32,000 nt of DNA from Demequinaceae bacterium. Lineage in GTDB: Bacteria; Actinomycetota; Actinomycetes; Actinomycetales; Demequinaceae. The position numbers were made by a program, and so were the translations under genes. The DNA lies in NCBI GenBank assembly GCA_965250005.1, contig OZ252279.1, positions 1,710,001-1,742,000 on the forward strand, given 5' to 3'. How positions within the stretch are numbered: the stretch's first letter is position 1; each line of letters starts with the position of its first letter. Shown piece after piece: positions 26,206 to 32,000 of the stretch. The notes under the pieces are model-generated. The model made no database searches. It had not been told where the DNA came from and was given only the letters and a program-made list of their open reading frames with translations.

Positions 26206-26972
26206 AGCGCCGGAAAGTGGTGGGGTTACTCGCGCTTGCGGGAATCGCGCTCGTTGCCGTGGGATCGGCCAGGGCGGTGCAGCTCTCGGTTGCTTCATCG
26301 AACTTGCAATCGATTTCCGAATCCAGGTGCGATGATGCGACTCTCGCCGCGCGGAACATCACCCTCAATACAGGTTCGTCTTTCGATGGCGTGCGGATCG
26401 ATCCGATCGACGTAGCGTGTGACGCGCTCGGGATCACCGTCATCGGGTTCCAATCGGACGGAACGCAGGTGTTTTCGGTAAGTGGCACTGCCTCGACGGG
26501 CCAGAATGACATTGCGGTCACTACGTATGATGCAACCCTCGTAGCTGTCGTTGCCGTGCTTGTGGATGGTTACGGGATTCCCAACACGTGGACGTACGTA
26601 CCACAGGCGATTACGTGCGCTCCGTACAAGAAGAACGGCCAGCCGCACCCCGCCAAGCAGTGCACAGTGATAGCGGAGACGTACTCATCCGTCTCGGGAA
26701 CGACCCCCAATCAGAACCAACAGGTGGGCTTCGCCGTCAACTCGACTGCACAGTCGTGGCGAACGTCGGTGGATTTCACGAACGCCAACTTTGAGTTCCC
26801 CGTCTTTTGGGTGGGCCAAATCGGCGGCACTGTTCAACTCGCGCCCGGATACACGTGCCCCGGCGGCGCGATCTCGAGCATCACACTGGCTCCCGTTGGG
26901 GGCAGTTCCGCAGGAACAATCGTGGTCAGCGAGTCCGGTACGGTCGCAGGAGCAACGGAGCTCTGCCCCTAG
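26202..26972 (+). CDS. Exported six-cysteine protein; its N-terminal domain is paralogous to the 25216..25614 product
   Basis: 256 aa. The ATG overlaps the peptidase stop (ATGA). The signal peptide is [25 protein letters not shown], followed by VQLSVASS. There is no LPXTG motif and no lipobox. Confidence 0.65.
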   Translation: MKRRKVVGLLALAGIALVAVGSARAVQLSVASSNLQSISESRCDDATLAARNITLNTGSSFDGVRIDPIDVACDALGITVIGFQSDGTQVFSVSGTASTGQNDIAVTTYDATLVAVVAVLVDGYGIPNTWTYVPQAITCAPYKKNGQPHPAKQCTVIAETYSSVSGTTPNQNQQVGFAVNSTAQSWRTSVDFTNANFEFPVFWVGQIGGTVQLAPGYTCPGGAISSITLAPVGGSSAGTIVVSESGTVAGATELCP

Positions 26973-27640
26973 GTCGGGGAGCCCCACTCAATAGGGCTTG
27001 CGCCCTGATCGGCGAGCAGGGCATTGGTGCGTGAGAACGGACGCGAGCCAAAGAACCCTCGCGAGGCGCTCAGCGGGCTCGGGTGGGCGCTCTCGATGTG
27101 CGCAGTCTTTGCAAGCGCGGGTGCGAGCGCCCGCGCGTCCCGCCCCCACAGAATCGCGACCACGGGACCTCCACGCTGCACGAGGGCGCTGATCGCGAGG
27201 GCGGTGACTTCTTCCCATCCGCGCCGCTGATGCGACCTGGGCTTGCCGGGCTCCACCGTGAGCACCCGATTGAGGAGCATGACGCCCTGAGCCGCCCAGT
27301 GGGAGAGGTCGCCGTCGTTGAGCACCTCGCCGGTGTCTTCGCGAAGTTCGCGGGCAATGTTGCGCAGCGAGCGCGGAAGGGGACGTCCGGCCGCTACCGA
27401 GAAACTCAGGCCAACCGGGTCCCCAGGCGTCGGGTAGGGGTCCTGTCCGAGCAGCAGCACGCGCACGTTGGCCATTGGGGTTTCAAAGGCCCGCAGAACG
27501 GCCGCGGGCGCTGGCAGGTACGGCCGACCCGCAGTCACCTCGCCGTCAAGGAACTCTGCCACCTCGGCGAAGCGACCCGCAGCCGGTTGAAGCGCTTCGA
27601 TCCAGTCGGGAGCCACCTGGTCGCGCCAACTGTTTGACAT
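26969..27640 (-). CDS. ung: Uracil-DNA glycosylase (family 1)
   Basis: 223 aa. Contains [13 protein letters not shown] (the water-activating GQDPY loop), [11 protein letters not shown] and HPSPLSA. Confidence 0.93.
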   Translation of the reverse strand: MSNSWRDQVAPDWIEALQPAAGRFAEVAEFLDGEVTAGRPYLPAPAAVLRAFETPMANVRVLLLGQDPYPTPGDPVGLSFSVAAGRPLPRSLRNIARELREDTGEVLNDGDLSHWAAQGVMLLNRVLTVEPGKPRSHQRRGWEEVTALAISALVQRGGPVVAILWGRDARALAPALAKTAHIESAHPSPLSASRGFFGSRPFSRTNALLADQGASPIEWGSPT

Positions 27641-27747
27641 GACGACAGCGTAACTAGTGGGTAGGCCGACGCCCGAATGACAACCATGTGATTTACAACG
27701 TAGAGTTGACCTGGGCGCCGCGAGGGCGCGGAATTCGAGGAGGACCA

Positions 27748-28065
27748 GTGGACAGCATTGAGGAAGACGCGCTCGCTCCGGGCGAGCGCTTTGGCGTGAT
27801 GCCTCCTCGTGAACTGAGCGATCGCGAGCGGCTCGTACTCTCGTTCGAGCGCGAGTGGTGGCGCTACGGCGGTGCGAAAGAGACCTCGATTCGCGCCGAA
27901 TTCGGCGTCAGCGCGACGGAGTACTATCAAGTGCTCAACGCACTCCTCGATCGCGAAGACGCGCTGGCACACGATCCAATGCTCGTGAAGCGCTTGCGCC
28001 GGATGCGCGATTCGCGCCAGCGCCGCCGCACGTCAAGGCAGTTGGGCCTGCCTGCCGCAAGGTAA
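27748..28065 (+). CDS. DUF3263 domain-containing protein
   Basis: Trimmed to the GTG at 27748 (GAGGAGG RBS). [46 protein letters not shown] matches my recollection of the DUF3263 family, which usually pairs with a LytR_C gene. Confidence 0.75.
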   Translation: MDSIEEDALAPGERFGVMPPRELSDRERLVLSFEREWWRYGGAKETSIRAEFGVSATEYYQVLNALLDREDALAHDPMLVKRLRRMRDSRQRRRTSRQLGLPAAR

Positions 28066-28074
28066 GGTTTCCGC

Positions 28075-28692
28075 GTGTCAAAGACAAGTTTCCCGCCTGA
28101 CGAGTTTGATCGGCTTCCCGAGACCGCAGATGATCCCGTTGGCGTTCACCGCTCAGCCCCAAGGGCCTGGACGCGCTTGGTGACGTTTATTACTGTGTTT
28201 GCACTCTTCGGCGGTATGGCCTACGGCGTTGTCATCGCGATCAGCCGTGCTGGTGACGTGCCGTGGCTCGCCTGGCTAGACGGGATCGGTTCGGCGCCGG
28301 CACCTTCGCCATCTGCGTTCGTCACAATTGAGCCCAGCGCCACTCCAACCGCCTCGCCTAGCGCCACCTACGTTCCGTCCTATGAGTACGCTGCCTCTAT
28401 TCGAGTATTCAACGACGCCGGAATCGCCAATCTCGCGGCAAAAGTACGCGACCATATTCTGATCGGCGGTGAGTTCACCAATGTCGCCACTGACAACTGG
28501 GATGGCGCAAGCGCCCCTGCCAACGTCATTCGGTACAACGACCCATCGCTCAAAGAAACGGCGGAACTACTGGCGAAAATGATAGGAATCACGACCGTGG
28601 CATTCGGCATTACAGATACGGCCTCGATCGAAATCGTGCTTCGCAGCGACCCGATTCCCGAGCCCGAGCCGGAGCCCTCACCCTCCTCATAA
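28075..28692 (+). CDS. LytR_C (LytR cell-envelope-related C-terminal) domain membrane protein
   Basis: 205 aa. One TM helix and a Pro/Ser/Ala/Thr linker are followed by IRVFNDAGIANLAAKVRDHIL...VIRYNDPSLKETAELLAKMIG...IEIVLRSD. The tail is PEPEPEPSPSS. Confidence 0.75.
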   Translation: MSKTSFPPDEFDRLPETADDPVGVHRSAPRAWTRLVTFITVFALFGGMAYGVVIAISRAGDVPWLAWLDGIGSAPAPSPSAFVTIEPSATPTASPSATYVPSYEYAASIRVFNDAGIANLAAKVRDHILIGGEFTNVATDNWDGASAPANVIRYNDPSLKETAELLAKMIGITTVAFGITDTASIEIVLRSDPIPEPEPEPSPSS

Positions 28693-28771
28693 TTGCGGCT
28701 TGCGGTGCAAAGTGGGCGCACGGCGTCCCTGGGGGCCAGCATCGCCTAGAGCGAAACGAGGGCCACGGGGT

Positions 28772-28800
28772 TTGCGCTCTTCATGGGAGAGTGTCAGAAT
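28772..28800 (+). promoter_or_regulatory. Candidate groEL promoter TTGCGC-N17-CAGAAT
   Basis: -35-like hexamer at 28772-28777 and -10-like hexamer at 28795-28800 with a 17-nt spacer. The CIRCE element starts 6 nt downstream, the usual arrangement for HrcA-repressed promoters. Confidence 0.4.
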
Positions 28801-28805
28801 CGCTA

Positions 28806-28832
28806 TTAGCACTCTCACCCTGAGAGTGCTAA
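28806..28832 (+). promoter_or_regulatory. CIRCE element (HrcA operator) TTAGCACTC-N9-GAGTGCTAA
   Basis: Exact match to the CIRCE consensus inverted repeat with a 9-nt spacer (tcaccctga), 107 bp upstream of the groEL ATG. Confidence 0.85.
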
Positions 28833-28905
28833 CAAATCGATTCTCTGTCAGTGACTCTGCTACGCGACACGTTATTTGCGCAGTGGACCAGCCCTTTTTG
28901 GGTGA

Positions 28906-30567
<1,662 letters not shown>

Positions 30568-30581
30568 AAGAAGAACTTCAC

Positions 30582-30655
30582 ATGCGGGCCGAAGAGGTTC
30601 GCTGCTCACGGTGGTCATGCTTGACCCCTTCGCAGCGAATCGGTTCGGCCCGCAT
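30582..30655. terminator. Long composite hairpin between convergent groEL and the DUF4031 gene
   Basis: The outer stem is a 12-bp perfect pairing ATGCGGGCCGAA / TTCGGCCCGCAT. After a 2x2 internal loop there is an inner 10-bp stem GGTTCGCTGC / GCAGCGAATC (one G-U) with a 26-nt apical loop. It starts 15 nt after the groEL stop. Confidence 0.55.
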
Positions 30656-30697
30656 TGCTCTTTCCGAGCAGTGTGGGATAGGTCGGGGCTGCGGGAG

Positions 30698-30979
30698 TCA
30701 CTGCTCGCTGCGGCCGAGACGTTCGGCGACCGTCACGCGCAGCCCTGACGCGCGCAGTCGGCGGATGAGATCTTTTCCGTCGACGAGCGTCGCTCCGAGC
30801 TCCATCAGGCGAGGGTGAAGCTCCAGTGGGATGTCGTAGTGGTCGCGGTCAAAGCCGCGTTCGGGGACGCCCGCGGCGCGTGCTGCCGCGTGAAGCTCCT
30901 CGAGTGACTGGTCGCTCACAAGGTGCCCCCAGAGGCGGCCGTGATTGGGCCACATGGGCGGGTCAACAAACAGGGCCAT
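30698..30979 (-). CDS. DUF4031 domain-containing protein
   Basis: 93 aa. MALFVDPPMWPNHGRLWGHLVSD...LHAAARAAGVPERGFDRDHYDIP matches my recollection of the DUF4031 family. Confidence 0.7.
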   Translation of the reverse strand: MALFVDPPMWPNHGRLWGHLVSDQSLEELHAAARAAGVPERGFDRDHYDIPLELHPRLMELGATLVDGKDLIRRLRASGLRVTVAERLGRSEQ

Positions 30980-31003
30980 TGGCCCACCCTAGGCGCGCGG
31001 CAG

Positions 31004-31294
31004 TTAGCGCGTGAACATGCGCGCGGCAGTGGCCTCGGCTGACGCATATTGGTCCGCGGCGCTCGAGAGACCGCGGGTCATACTGTCGAGGGCCTGCTCG
31101 AGCTGAATCTGAGCCGTCCGCCATTGGGTGAGCAGCCCCGCGAAGGCGGTTGACGCCCCGCCCTGCCATGAGGCCTCGAGTTGCGTCAACTGTCCCACTA
31201 GAGCGGCGACCTCCGCACGTATGGTCTCGCCGGAAGAAGTAGCGAGGGCGGCGGCCTGCGCTACTTGAGCGGCATCGACGTGGTATTGGGACAT
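31004..31294 (-). CDS. WXG100-family type VII secretion substrate (Esx-like)
   Basis: 96 aa, predicted helix-turn-helix hairpin with the central WQG motif (LEASWQGGASTAF). A C-terminal YASAE (YxxxD/E) export-signal-like motif is present. GAGAGGG RBS. Confidence 0.85.
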   Translation of the reverse strand: MSQYHVDAAQVAQAAALATSSGETIRAEVAALVGQLTQLEASWQGGASTAFAGLLTQWRTAQIQLEQALDSMTRGLSSAADQYASAEATAARMFTR

Positions 31295-31409
31295 GAGGAA
31301 CCCTCTCGTTGGTGTTCCCCAAAACTAGGCGTGGGCGAGCGCCGGTGCGCGCGCCCGAGGTCTGGCGGTGCAAGGACTGTAGATGCGGCGCGCTGGGGAC
31401 ACTTGCTGA

Positions 31410-32000
31410 CTAAGCGGCGTCGAGCTCAGCGATCTCGCGAGACACCCGCATGAGTTCGGCCTCGATATTTTGGCGGGCTCGAGCTTCCCACGGCGCGCCG
31501 AGCGGGCTTAGGTACAGACGTTCACGGGCAAGTAGCTGCGCGAGCACGGCCTTGCGGTGCTCGAGATAGTCGCGCTGTGGGGTATCGGCGAACTCGGCCC
31601 TCAGGTCTTCCACGTACGCCATGTAGCGCTTAGGGTCTGCGGCAAGGATCGAGAGGTCGGCGTCGCACAGGACTGCGCAGTCAATGTTGTCGGCGACCGG
31701 CGCGTGCTTTGCTAGCGCCTCGACCATCTCGGCGATCCCGTCAATGGTTTTGTCGGTCATGCCCAATTCGGCCAAATCGGCGCGCGCGAACGCCGCGCTG
31801 GCGGCTTCCGCGTTGGGTCGACGCTCCGCAATCCTCGAGCTGCTGTCAGCCTCCGCAACCGCGCCGTGGTACCAGGCTGCGATGCGGACACTTTGAGGGT
31901 CGTGGGTCTCTTGCTGCAACTGATCGATGTGTTCTAGCAAGTCCATGAGGTGCCGAACGGAGTGATAACTGCGGCGCGAACCTTCCCACATCCGCAAGAG
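31410..32000 (-). CDS. HD-superfamily-like hypothetical phosphohydrolase (COG4339-like), N-terminus probably outside the window
   Basis: RRSYHSVRHLMDLLEHIDQL...VRIAAWYHGAVAE resembles the RxYHxxxH...AAWFHDAVYD pattern of this family. The frame is open to the window edge. Confidence 0.55.
   Translation of the reverse strand, partial: LLRMWEGSRRSYHSVRHLMDLLEHIDQLQQETHDPQSVRIAAWYHGAVAEADSSSRIAERRPNAEAASAAFARADLAELGMTDKTIDGIAEMVEALAKHAPVADNIDCAVLCDADLSILAADPKRYMAYVEDLRAEFADTPQRDYLEHRKAVLAQLLARERLYLSPLGAPWEARARQNIEAELMRVSREIAELDAA

Noticed and set aside
25634-26521. 295-aa minus-strand ORF opposite the signal peptidase and the second exported protein
   Set aside because: Its translation is Arg/Pro/Ser-rich with no motif, start context or RBS. 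The plus-strand genes carry signal peptides, catalytic motifs and coupled starts.
24991-27000. Integrative element (integrase plus att repeats) at the tRNA-Thr
   Set aside because: There is no integrase, recombinase or transposase ORF. By eye I could not find a copy of the tRNA 3' end (e.g. TTCAAGTCCCGCTGCCAGC) elsewhere in the window. Only the compositional shift and gene content support foreign origin.

Overview
High-GC (about 65-70% by eye) actinobacterial chromosomal segment, inferred from lsr2, carD, senX3-regX3, a WXG100 gene, DUF3263/LytR_C and a CIRCE-controlled groEL. Most of it is tightly packed conserved core. In order: nadB (3' part); an opposite-strand CsoR-family regulator plus rhodanese pair; nadC, lysS, lsr2, a lactonase-family protein, gpmA and a lipoprotein with glycoside-hydrolase motifs. 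Next comes a complete phosphate module (phoU, then divergent senX3-regX3, then pstSCAB) with phased GTTCAC repeats. After that: carD-ispD-ispF-cysS-rlmB, a DUF4032 kinase-like gene, a MalK/MsiK-type sugar ABC ATPase, a membrane Ser/Thr kinase, a MauE/DoxX plus DsbA-like pair and tRNA-Thr(UGU). The window ends with ung, DUF3263, a LytR_C protein, groEL, DUF4031, an orphan WXG100 gene and a partial HD-like gene. The clearly non-core piece is a ~2 kb lower-GC segment directly 3' of the tRNA (about 24991-26972). It encodes a small exported protein with a TasA/SipW-type signal peptide, an ER/archaeal (SipW) type signal peptidase and a larger cysteine-containing exported protein. These form a compact three-gene cassette resembling tapA-sipW-tasA fibre operons. 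Other points worth a second look: a rhodanese gene broken by a 5-bp tandem duplication exactly at its active-site Cys codon, sitting beside a CstR-like (C-x-C, no His) regulator; a perfect 29-bp palindrome in the leader of the sugar ABC ATPase gene; a kinase with HRDvT instead of HRDxK; and an HD-family gene with HG instead of HD. I found no CRISPR array, transposase, integrase or rRNA. All calls come from reading the sequence and the supplied ORF translations; no database search was run.
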